Shown: positions 1 through 8,008, counted from the first letter of the stretch. The stretch is 42,492 nucleotides of DNA from a virus (IMGVR_UViG_3300019877_000001:1-42492), one strand, 5' to 3'. Made by a program: numbers and translations. The notes: generated by a model from the letters alone, not told the origin.

Positions 1-159
1 ATTGTCTTGATCAGTATCAGATAGATCAGGTGAGGTGAGGGTGAGGCGGGCTAGGTACTCGGTCGTGTAGTAACCTGAACGTTGATCGAACTGTAACCAT
101 TCATCGAACTGAGTGAACGGATCGTATGGGTTGTCCATTGTTGTGAGCATGTGCAGCAT
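1..159 (-). CDS. Small protein downstream of the RNA polymerase gene (truncated by window edge)
   Basis: Not in the ORF track. Its ATG (159-157) overlaps the RNAP stop (TGATG). It reads MLHMLTTMDNPYDPFTQFDEWLQFDQRSGYYTTEYLARL... and is open to position 1. Confidence 0.75.
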   Translation of the reverse strand, partial: MLHMLTTMDNPYDPFTQFDEWLQFDQRSGYYTTEYLARLTLTSPDLSDTDQDN

Positions 160-2813
160 CACGAGCCTCCCTTCTCTATAGTAGTCTTGAGGGTAGTGAG
201 GGACACACCAAGAGCATCAGCTATCTCAGCCTGAGTGTAGCCTGCTGCGATCATTGATTGTGCACGTGCAGTCTTAGCATTACTCATTAGTACTGTAACC
301 CTTGGTGTAGCCAGTTCCTTTACTCTATCTAGATCTGCATTACTTAAGATCTGTGACAATGTGTTGTTGCTGATGGCTCCTGCCTGGATGGCTGCCCATT
401 CACGGGGGGAGATGTCAATTCGCTGTTTGCCGGCGCCTGTTCGAGCACGTGCTTCTGCTAATGCTAAACCTTGAATCTTCTTCAAGTCAGCATTGTCCAT
501 GTTTGGATTAGCATCCTTCTTTGCCTGGACTATGGCGTTTGCTAGAAGCTGGGCGTGTCGTTCAAGAGGACGGTTTCGTTGGGCTATGTTTAGTTTAGAC
601 CGGAGGGTTGAAACTTCATTCGCGTAGGCGATCTTTGCAGAAGGGCTGTATGGTGTGGTCCTTGTGTTGACTGCCACCTTACGTGCCCTGTTAGCTAGAT
701 CCTTCAGTCTGTTGGAGTGGTCTGCATACACCTTCTCTATAGGCGTGCCTGAGGACAGGGTGTGTGCGTTGCCTGTCTCTGCCAGCTTCCTTGATTCGAA
801 CGTCTTAGTTACTAACTTACCCTGACGATTGACATATGTCTCACCTGTAGGTACGAACCTCTTCTGTCCTGTCTCCTTGTCTACACCGCCACCTTCTGCT
901 GCAGGGCGGGGCTTTCTTTCAGCAACACGCACAGCTGAGGTAGCACGTGAGATCAGAGTTGAGGCACCTGCTCGTGAGCCGCCTTGATACTTGGCTTTGA
1001 GTTGAGGTATGCCATTGTCAAGAGCTGATTGTCGATAGTTCAGCTTATGTTTCTCAGCATCGATGACCACCATGGAATGGCGAACTGCTCGAGCAAGTTC
1101 TTGTGTTGTTGCTCCACGAATGGTCATGTCTGTGATTAGGTTAGATACTTGGCCCATCTCAATTGCTTTGGTTCTAGCCGACATAACCTTCATGCCCTCA
1201 TATGCTGGGTATGAACGTTGCGGATCGAACCCTTTCAAACCATCTAGAGCAGGAGACGTTTTGATTTGTCTCTTGTTATTGGGTATAACAAGCACAGTGT
1301 CGCCATCGAAGTCTGCCCCAGACAGTCTTTCTGCCACCTTTGAATTGATACCTACTGCATCCAAAGCACGCCCAATAGAACGCTTAGCTTCAGGGTGCCG
1401 GTTATTAACTGTCAATTCCGGGATCTCAAAGATACCGCCATGTGGGTACCTAATGAGAGCTACCGTTTCCCCATCTCGAAAGTTAGGTGCATAGATTTCT
1501 TTCTCGGAAAGAGTATTGATTGGCAGAATTACATTCGATCTTTGACGGGGAAGAGCCGCTGCTTTAAGATGTACAGCCGCGGAGTCCACATCATCAGCAT
1601 AAGACTCAAGCAACTTCTTACGAACGGCCGGGTTTGTGAGCTTGCTGATGTCATCGAGCTCACGTTGCTTCCTTTCGTATGTCATGTCTAGTTGTTGTTT
1701 GGCAAGAGTCGGACTCTGCTTCGACAACATTTGAGAAGATAGATTCTTCGACCATCGATCCCAATCGCCTTCTTCATTGACGATGTTCATGGCAGACTTT
1801 ACTTTGCCAGTCTTGGGATCGATCTTCTGTCGAACGACAGCCCCAAAGGGATTCTCGGGATCGTCTTTCATTGCCTTCATTGCATCTAGCTTGTTACCCG
1901 TGTTCTTCTTGTTCGTGTTGAAGACGAGATCAACACCCTCGGGTAGATCATCCTTATACATAGCCATGCCTTTAAGGTAATGACTGCCGTCGACAGCAAT
2001 TCGTACCTGAGCATAGCGAGCACTCCCAAGGCTGACATCAGGAACGCCAGGTCGAACATGGATAACGCCATCCGAATCCGCGCCTCCCTCTTCAGCATAA
2101 CGAACCTTCACTCTCTTGCTATTCACGGACAGTGGAGTTTGTATTCCGAGATAGGAACGGCCACCGTCTTCTGAGAAAGATTGTATTTGCTTGATGTTGT
2201 ATCGGTTCTTCGAGACTTCCGAATAAGGAACATCAGGGGCAGACAGAACTTTGAGTGTGGTTTGTTTTCCTGTTCCTAGTTGCGTCACCTTCAAATAATG
2301 AATTTTGTAGCCTTCTTCTTGAAGCACGGCTACCGCAGTTGACAACTTGGTTTGACTGATGCCAAGTTGATTCTCGACACCAGATCCGATGTCTACGTAC
2401 TTCTTACCTTTAACCTGATCTTTGAGCATGTTTGAAGTGCTCATCAGAATTTCAGATTTTTCCTTCATTCCTGGAGAGAGAAGAGCACGAATCGTAGACT
2501 CGGGCTTACCCATTCTTTCAGCTATCGCCACATTGGACATACCTTTGTCCTTGAGGCGTGTAGCCATGTTAATGTCCGCTTGACGTTCTGCGTTTCGAGC
2601 AATGGACTTTGCAGCGCGAAGCTGGGTGGTGTTGATACCCATTCCATCAGCTATCTCTGCTTCTGTAAGTCCATCTTTTTGCAGCTGGGCCACATAACCC
2701 AAGAAGCTCTTGTTGCTCGCCCTCTCGGGTCCACCAGAGCCCCAAGGATAACGACCTGACTTACGAAGAATTCCGTAGTGAGCCAGGTACTCTTCCTCGG
2801 GAACGATTGTCAT
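159..2813 (-). CDS. Single-subunit two-barrel (DPBB) RNA polymerase, QDE-1/YonO-like, with N- and C-terminal HTH domains
   Basis: Ordered motifs DSDGVIHV, AQVRI...YLKGMA, IRYPHGGIFEI, LSGADFDGD (catalytic DxDGD at 1299-1313), MGQVSNLI and RHSMVVIDAEKH. HTH-like segments: GLTEAEIADGMGIN, GMSNVAIAERMGKPESTIR, GYTQAEIADALGVSLTTL. Confidence 0.82.
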   Translation of the reverse strand: MTIVPEEEYLAHYGILRKSGRYPWGSGGPERASNKSFLGYVAQLQKDGLTEAEIADGMGINTTQLRAAKSIARNAERQADINMATRLKDKGMSNVAIAERMGKPESTIRALLSPGMKEKSEILMSTSNMLKDQVKGKKYVDIGSGVENQLGISQTKLSTAVAVLQEEGYKIHYLKVTQLGTGKQTTLKVLSAPDVPYSEVSKNRYNIKQIQSFSEDGGRSYLGIQTPLSVNSKRVKVRYAEEGGADSDGVIHVRPGVPDVSLGSARYAQVRIAVDGSHYLKGMAMYKDDLPEGVDLVFNTNKKNTGNKLDAMKAMKDDPENPFGAVVRQKIDPKTGKVKSAMNIVNEEGDWDRWSKNLSSQMLSKQSPTLAKQQLDMTYERKQRELDDISKLTNPAVRKKLLESYADDVDSAAVHLKAAALPRQRSNVILPINTLSEKEIYAPNFRDGETVALIRYPHGGIFEIPELTVNNRHPEAKRSIGRALDAVGINSKVAERLSGADFDGDTVLVIPNNKRQIKTSPALDGLKGFDPQRSYPAYEGMKVMSARTKAIEMGQVSNLITDMTIRGATTQELARAVRHSMVVIDAEKHKLNYRQSALDNGIPQLKAKYQGGSRAGASTLISRATSAVRVAERKPRPAAEGGGVDKETGQKRFVPTGETYVNRQGKLVTKTFESRKLAETGNAHTLSSGTPIEKVYADHSNRLKDLANRARKVAVNTRTTPYSPSAKIAYANEVSTLRSKLNIAQRNRPLERHAQLLANAIVQAKKDANPNMDNADLKKIQGLALAEARARTGAGKQRIDISPREWAAIQAGAISNNTLSQILSNADLDRVKELATPRVTVLMSNAKTARAQSMIAAGYTQAEIADALGVSLTTLKTTIEKGGS

Positions 2814-3370
2814 CCGTAAGCCTCCATCCTCAGCTCATCGATGCGACGATCGAAAACGACAATTTGATCCATGATTCTAGTCACTTCGAGGGGATCCCCG
2901 TCGAAGACTTCAATTCTGTCATTCTGGTAGATGCGCAACTCTATCTCGATCTCGACTGGCTTGAAGGCGTATTCGAGACAGAACAAAGCCGCATAGACTT
3001 CGAGCTGTGTTACTTTGCATCGATTGATGCCTGTCTTCAGATCATGAATCCGAAGTTTGTTCTTGTTGAAACCGATTGCATCCGCATGACCATAGCAGTT
3101 GGGAGAATAATAGAGCGTCTGTTCGGGAGTCATTCGGTAACCGATAGCATCGTTCACATACATGTTCAAAGTCTCGGTCGTCTTTGGCAGCTTCACACCG
3201 AGCTTGATCATTCTTTGTGCTAGATCATGAAGATCGGTTCCACGCTTCGCTGCGAACGACGCAAAGATGCTGGCTTCCATCTTCTGATCATCGTAATTCA
3301 CCCAGTGATAGTTACTGGGACTTAGGAACGCATGACTACCGCCCAGATTGGAATGCTCTCTGAAGCGCAT
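2810..3370 (-). CDS. PD-(D/E)XK exonuclease-like protein (Cas4/RecB/DUF2800-like)
   Basis: E...GHADAI...IHDLKTG...QLEVYA motif series; 4-nt overlap with the RNAP start. Confidence 0.7.
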   Translation of the reverse strand: MRFREHSNLGGSHAFLSPSNYHWVNYDDQKMEASIFASFAAKRGTDLHDLAQRMIKLGVKLPKTTETLNMYVNDAIGYRMTPEQTLYYSPNCYGHADAIGFNKNKLRIHDLKTGINRCKVTQLEVYAALFCLEYAFKPVEIEIELRIYQNDRIEVFDGDPLEVTRIMDQIVVFDRRIDELRMEAYG

Positions 3371-3647
3371 CTAACACCTCGACTTCGTTCTCAGGATAGA
3401 TGAATGCTGAGAACCCACCCATCTTCGCGACTTCGAATAAGTAATGCTCTTGGTTCGGTTCGGGATCTGACGCTTCAGCAGCATTTCGTTTCACTTCCAG
3501 TGCCGCATAGTAAGGACCATACAGAACTGTAAGATCGAAGATGCCTTGACAAAGCTGCTCGTCATTCTTCAGAACGATACAGCCCGGAAAGAGATCTTCA
3601 AGCTTTTCTCTAAGTTCTGATTGGAACTTGTTTTCTCGCTTTGCCAT
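3336..3647 (-). CDS. VRR-NUC / Holliday-junction resolvase-like endonuclease
   Basis: E..FQ...GIFDL...ALEVKR...PNQ pattern; strong AAGGAGG RBS upstream. Confidence 0.7.
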   Translation of the reverse strand: MAKRENKFQSELREKLEDLFPGCIVLKNDEQLCQGIFDLTVLYGPYYAALEVKRNAAEASDPEPNQEHYLFEVAKMGGFSAFIYPENEVEVLDALQRAFQSGR

Positions 3648-3690
3648 GACACCTCCTTAAATTCTACCATTTGTAATCGGCTTGATCTCC

Positions 3691-3723
3691 CCCCTTCTAT
3701 TATAATCCACGTTTTTACTGCGA
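3691..3723 (-). promoter_or_regulatory. Phage promoter-like motif, copy upstream of the nuclease-nuclease-RNAP operon
   Basis: TCGCAGTAAAAACGTGGATTATAATAGAAGGGG aligns without gaps to five copies at 17.7-21.3 kb. Confidence 0.7.
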
Positions 3724-3737
3724 GGTAGTAGGTACTT

Positions 3738-4229
3738 TTATTTAGCCCACTCGACATTATGCATGATGGGGAAAACGCGAGTCAGGTTGATGGCTGACAT
3801 AACTACATCCATGTACAACAGACCATAAGTCAGTACGAACGACCAGACACTATCGAACACTTCGTCAGTTTGTTTGTCTCTGACTGGATAATATTCCGGA
3901 AGATCCAATTTGAACTGTCGACCATGCTTCAAGGCAAACCAACGTGGACGCCATAGAAGATTGCTTGCCTTGCAGTCTACCGAATTACCATTGAGATGGA
4001 TCGGTGTTGTGAATGGCACAATTTGATTTGTGTTCGGTACGAACGTTTCGCAGATCAGTCTAGACAAAGAACGTTTTACTTGTGTACCCTCTCGCATAAG
4101 ACAAATATAGCTAACTTCCGACTGATTGCGAATTGGCGTCAACAACTTAGATCGTTTGTCGTTGCGTACTCGACCGAGATCACTGACCGAATACCCAGGA
4201 TAGTCTTGAAGGGGTAACCACACCTCCAT
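3738..4229 (-). CDS. NUMOD4 + HNH-like homing endonuclease-type protein (HNH motif degenerate)
   Basis: N-terminal EVWLPLQDYPGYSVSDLGRVRN (NUMOD4); HLNGNSVDCKASNLLW resembles an HNH_3 motif. Confidence 0.75.
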   Translation of the reverse strand: MEVWLPLQDYPGYSVSDLGRVRNDKRSKLLTPIRNQSEVSYICLMREGTQVKRSLSRLICETFVPNTNQIVPFTTPIHLNGNSVDCKASNLLWRPRWFALKHGRQFKLDLPEYYPVRDKQTDEVFDSVWSFVLTYGLLYMDVVMSAINLTRVFPIMHNVEWAK

Positions 4230-4279
4230 ATTGTCTCCTATGTCTTATCTGTACACTTTGCCCTATATTGTAGGCATTT

Positions 4280-4490
4280 GACAATTCCAAGATTTTTCGA
4301 AAAAACTTTTTTATATTTTCGTAGTTAGTAGGTACTTTATACTCTACGCGCGTAATAGAAAAGTACCTACTAACTATAAAATAAAAAGTTTTTTTTTCAC
4401 AAAAATCTTGGATTTGTCCGCTAGAGGTTATAATCGCAGGTCAGAGTATGTTTTGTTTGCCAAGATTATTTTTGGAAATCTTGGCAGCTG
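4280..4490. repeat. AT-rich nested inverted repeats, candidate replication origin
   Basis: Perfect 17-bp arms 4322-4338/4360-4376 surround the palindrome TACGCGCGTA. Outer arms 4280-4297/4401-4418 have one mismatch. A second IR, GCCAAGATT/AATCTTGGC, lies at about 4459-4486. Confidence 0.8.
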
Positions 4491-4507
4491 AATGCATACA
4501 ATTAACA

Positions 4508-5668
4508 TTAAAAGGACACATCAGACATATTGAAGTCTCGTTTCTCTCGATAGGCTCTTCGCATAGCCACATCGATCCATGCCGAGCTCATCGGAAGATA
4601 GTAAAACAGGTTCGCAAATTCGGTGTTGAGTCGGTCCATTCGCCCGTAAGCCTGTTCGGTCTGTTTGTACGAAGGGTTCTGCGAGTAACAGAATGTCGCG
4701 TTTGTCTCAATACATTCCCAGCCCTCAGCGCCGGCGGCGTATTGCACAAGGTAAACCCAACGCTCAGAATCGGGAATTTCCTCGTGCTTGTGACCGTTCC
4801 ATTCGGCGATTTGTACGTTTTCGAGACCCCTCAAGATCTCTAATTCGTAGTCAAAGTTGTAGAAAACTATGACCCGGGGGTGTTTTTGCAAGACCAATCT
4901 GAGTTCAATTAGCCGATGCGGATGAGTGTTTACCACCTTTCGCATCAAAGAATACAGCTCACCCGAATGTCGAATTGGCTTTTCTTTGAACGGATTCCAT
5001 CGTTTTTTCATTACGAGCTTCATCATTTGTTCGTCATAAGGCACTGGCAAAGTTACGAAGTGTCTCGTTGTGTGTCTTTCGTAGGGCATTCCGACGAGGA
5101 TTTCGTTCCGTCGTCGTACCAGCGTACCGACCTCAACGTATCTATCGATCGCCGGGAATTTTGTATATGACTTATAAATGACATGACGCGCTTTAAACTC
5201 CGTGCGGTTCTTGTAGAAGCCATTTGCGATGAAACAAGGGATGTAATCCATCCAGCTATCTCCTGGGGTAGCTGAAAGGAGGATCCAGGTGTTGTGTTTG
5301 GCAATATGTAGAAATGCCTTGACCCATCCACCACTACCAACAAGACGTTGCTCGTCGAAGATGAAGAAGGCGTCACGAACTTCGCTATATTTGTGGACAT
5401 TATTCCAGCTATCGACCCGTAAGACTCCGGCAACCGTAGCATCAGACGTAGTCCCCACCGCGAACCGTGCGAATTCTCGGTTCCAGTCCAGGCTGTCCCG
5501 CTTCTTTGCTGTCGTTATCACATAGACGTCCCGGTTTGGATATGCCTGGACATAGTGAGCGGCCGCAACCATCGACTTGCCAGAACCGACACCGCCCCAC
5601 AGGATCGATCCGCTCTTCAGTTTCGCCAACGCCTCCTTCTGATGCGGGCGTAGTTCTGTCTTTAACAC
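4508..5668 (-). CDS. Superfamily 2 helicase (start uncertain; ORF track gives 5812)
   Basis: LRPHQ Q-motif, Walker A GGVGSGKS, Walker B variant FIFDEQR, LSATP, motif VI QAYGRMDR. Confidence 0.85.
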   Translation of the reverse strand: MLKTELRPHQKEALAKLKSGSILWGGVGSGKSMVAAAHYVQAYPNRDVYVITTAKKRDSLDWNREFARFAVGTTSDATVAGVLRVDSWNNVHKYSEVRDAFFIFDEQRLVGSGGWVKAFLHIAKHNTWILLSATPGDSWMDYIPCFIANGFYKNRTEFKARHVIYKSYTKFPAIDRYVEVGTLVRRRNEILVGMPYERHTTRHFVTLPVPYDEQMMKLVMKKRWNPFKEKPIRHSGELYSLMRKVVNTHPHRLIELRLVLQKHPRVIVFYNFDYELEILRGLENVQIAEWNGHKHEEIPDSERWVYLVQYAAGAEGWECIETNATFCYSQNPSYKQTEQAYGRMDRLNTEFANLFYYLPMSSAWIDVAMRRAYREKRDFNMSDVSF

Positions 5669-5825
5669 GCTCGATTGGTTTGTCGACCCAAACACGTCGA
5701 CCCTTGTGTCCGCAGAAGGGACATCCCTCCCAAGTGTCCTCTCCATCAAAGATGTAGACATAGCATCCTTCGTTGTCGCAAAAGTAATACGGCATGGGGA
5801 CTTTGAGCTCAATGTATTCAGGCAT
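5442..5825 (-). CDS. Zinc-ribbon protein; C-terminal half overlaps the helicase frame
   Basis: ATG at 5825 overlaps the upstream TAA; motif CDNEGC...CPFC. Confidence 0.5.
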   Translation of the reverse strand: MPEYIELKVPMPYYFCDNEGCYVYIFDGEDTWEGCPFCGHKGRRVWVDKPIERVKDRTTPASEGGVGETEERIDPVGRCRFWQVDGCGRSLCPGISKPGRLCDNDSKEAGQPGLEPRIRTVRGGDYV

Positions 5826-6001
5826 TATTCCGGACTCCATTTAGTAATATTAAACGATAGATTCTCCACCAAGATCCCTCGGGTAACACATACCGGGCAA
5901 GGACTGTAATTATCGGGGATGAACAGATAGATCTCACAATATTCGTTCATGCACTGAAACAAGATTGCTGGTAGTGGTCTGAAAGTTTCGTCAGCAGCCA
6001 T
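5825..6001 (-). CDS. Small zinc-ribbon protein
   Basis: CMNEYC...CPVC; ATG at 6001 overlaps the upstream TGA. Confidence 0.6.
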   Translation of the reverse strand: MAADETFRPLPAILFQCMNEYCEIYLFIPDNYSPCPVCVTRGILVENLSFNITKWSPE

Positions 6002-6111
6002 CAGAATCTCCTCAAGCAATACCCAGTACTACTGTAGACACAACCTGAGGTTGAGCATGTGCCTCCGCTATTGGCGGCATGACCGTTCGGACAAATGTCT
6101 TCTATTCGCAT
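6001..6111 (-). CDS. 36-aa Cys-rich peptide
   Basis: Hand translation MRIEDICPNGHAANSGGTCSTSGCVYSSTGYCLRRF*; GGAGG upstream; TGATG coupling to the next gene. Confidence 0.5.
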   Translation of the reverse strand: MRIEDICPNGHAANSGGTCSTSGCVYSSTGYCLRRF

Positions 6112-6314
6112 TCGTTCTGCCCTCCTAGATACTTAATTTGATACAGATGGTAGGACCTACTGGCGCATACCTCATCGAAGTAGATTAACATCCAACCTCC
6201 ACTACGAATTTCGACTATGTCACCCACAAAACCGTTTAATTCGTCCGATTTGTCTATGATCTTTACCTGGTACCTATCCCCCACCAAGATCCTCCTCAGA
6301 TAAACATAAGACAA
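6102..6314 (-). CDS. Small KOW/SH3-like beta protein
   Basis: VKII...NGFVGDIVEI...MLIYFD pattern, similar to the 8042 ORF. Confidence 0.5.
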   Translation of the reverse strand: MSYVYLRRILVGDRYQVKIIDKSDELNGFVGDIVEIRSGGWMLIYFDEVCASRSYHLYQIKYLGGQNECE

Positions 6315-6319
6315 GTAGA

Positions 6320-6349
6320 AGGCGGGAGCTCCCGAAGGAACCCCCGCCT
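6320..6349 (-). terminator. GC-rich hairpin with cUUCGg loop, likely intrinsic terminator
   Basis: Minus strand AGGCGGGGGTTCC-TTCG-GGAGCTCCCGCCT followed by TCTACTTGTCTT. Confidence 0.7.
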
Positions 6350-6700
6350 CCCCTACATCCCGACTGGCCGCGTGTTACAGCCCTTGAGTATGACTCTCCT
6401 TGATTATTGTTACGGCGCCTCCCGCAACATCAAGAAGTACTCGGTAAACCAATCGGGAGGGCTTTATCCTGATCCGCCACAGAAAGTACAGCAGTGAGTA
6501 CCGCCGTGTCCTTCCGGTTTGTCGCATACGTGCGGGCTTCCCGGCAAACGTTCCGGACATGTACCGAAAGACACTCCGCAAAGTAGTTCTGGTGCCATAA
6601 TTTAAGTCTCTCCAACTAAATCACTATTAGTGCAGGCCTAACCCCTCACCTGCTCGACGACTCCCACATCAACTGGGGGTTGGCATGGCCAGAGACTGTC
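6350..6700 (-). ncRNA. Candidate ~350-nt structured non-coding RNA (strand not certain)
   Basis: Many nested stems found by eye and no convincing ORF; ends at the UUCG hairpin. Confidence 0.4.
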
Positions 6701-6717
6701 GTCTTCCCATCGTTCTA

Positions 6718-6912
6718 TCAGTCGCCGTCTGCGTCTCGAGTCACATCCAGAATGAACTCTTCCGCCTCGTCGTCCGTGTCCTCACCCGGATCGAAGCCGT
6801 CTTCGCTGACGTCGTCATCGTCTTTCTTACCCATGTTCTTTGTCCTTGTCTTCTTGCCGTATGTTCGTTTGGATTTCTTCGGATTGAAGCGTTTGTTTCT
6901 TCGTTTCGACAC
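6718..6912 (-). CDS. Small protein with basic N-terminus and acidic C-terminus
   Basis: K/R-rich first half, D/E-rich second half; GC3-rich codons. Confidence 0.6.
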   Translation of the reverse strand: MSKRRNKRFNPKKSKRTYGKKTRTKNMGKKDDDDVSEDGFDPGEDTDDEAEEFILDVTRDADGD

Positions 6913-6914
6913 GC

Positions 6915-7439
6915 CTACTCAGCCCTGTGTTGACCCTCGTCGAACACACCGGTGTTGGGGAACGTCTCGGTCTCTCCGACGTACTTGATGGGCGGGAGTG
7001 ACATGCCCTTCTGCGTGCCGAACGTCTCCGCGGTCAGTTCCGCGTCCCTCTTGGCGTAATCCGTCAATGATTCCAGAGCCCTGCCCCCCGGGGCGAAGTC
7101 GTTTTCGGGAACAGCAGTCGGCAGATCGAACGTGGTCCAGAATGTCTGCTCGCGGTAAATGTGAATCTCACCACGAAGCGGAACGATCCAGTCGGTTATC
7201 CGGACGAACAGCTGTGTAACCTCACCAGCCGATACGTCCTTGCCACGCTGAGCGTCGAAGACGAAGTACGGTCGTCCGTCAGCACCGTAGAACAACTCCT
7301 CCTCGAACTCGAGGGAGAGCCTGCCGATGTTCTCGGCAGTGACCTGAATGGCCTCGGTGTGGATGCCCTTGGGATGGTAATCGCAGGGGATGGGGTTGAG
7401 ATGTGAGAGACCGACATCCGCGGAGCTGATTCCTGCCAT
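6915..7439 (-). CDS. Hypothetical protein, paralogue of the 7586 and 8847 ORFs
   Basis: RBS GAAGGAATC before the ATG at 7439; EAIQVTAEN...DWIV...GEIHIY...F..TF. Confidence 0.7.
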   Translation of the reverse strand: MAGISSADVGLSHLNPIPCDYHPKGIHTEAIQVTAENIGRLSLEFEEELFYGADGRPYFVFDAQRGKDVSAGEVTQLFVRITDWIVPLRGEIHIYREQTFWTTFDLPTAVPENDFAPGGRALESLTDYAKRDAELTAETFGTQKGMSLPPIKYVGETETFPNTGVFDEGQHRAE

Positions 7440-7585
7440 GATTCCTTCTTTCGTTTCGTTCCTTACCTGCAGAATCCCACTTTTCTGAATGACTCTTGTA
7501 GCTACGAGCTCGGCGAGTCGGTCTTGCCAGACGGCACTGAGGACAACGAAGCTAGCTGCGCGGACGACCTGGAAAACAGGGTGCA

Positions 7586-8008
7586 TTAAACCACCTTCTC
7601 AAATGACGTGGGAACACCCGGGACCATGGTGTAGCCGGAGTTTGTGGTGGGCAGGGACTCCTCCTCTTCCGCGAGAGCCTCCGTCGCGGTGGCCAGCAGC
7701 TGCTTGGCTTCCCGGTCGTCCTTCACCTTCTCCTCGAAAGCGCCGAAGAACTGAGCGGGCTTGTAGGACCGGAAGCTGCCCTTGAGCTCGACGACGAAGC
7801 TGCCCAGGGATGCGATGTACTCCTGTCCACGGTTCACGCCCGTGCCCTGGATTTTGATGACTGGAAGCAAGGTCTCGGTGCCCATCATCTTCGTGGGCAC
7901 TTCCTCGATGGTGCCCTTGCACCACTCGGCGACCTCCTCGATGTTCTTCAGGGTCACCTCGACCGCGACGACCGGGAAGGTCTTGCGCACGTATTCCTTG
8001 AATTCCAT
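7586..8008 (-). CDS. Hypothetical phage protein (PGDYG-like small beta domain)
   Basis: YVRK..VVAVEVT..NIEEVAEWC.G...ASLGSFVV...F..YK...F...FE. Confidence 0.8.
   Translation of the reverse strand: MEFKEYVRKTFPVVAVEVTLKNIEEVAEWCKGTIEEVPTKMMGTETLLPVIKIQGTGVNRGQEYIASLGSFVVELKGSFRSYKPAQFFGAFEEKVKDDREAKQLLATATEALAEEEESLPTTNSGYTMVPGVPTSFEKVV

Noticed and set aside
2810-3370. CRISPR-associated Cas4
   Set aside because: Lacks the four-Cys Fe-S pattern and any CRISPR context; treated as a generic PD-(D/E)XK nuclease.
6375-6615. Two overlapping short minus-strand ORFs
   Set aside because: No clear RBS or coupling and no motifs; the region is better explained by RNA structure, though coding is not excluded.
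6600-6710. Group I intron-like R/S words (AGAGACU, ACAGUC)
   Set aside because: The order is reversed relative to a group I core and no interrupted gene flanks the region.
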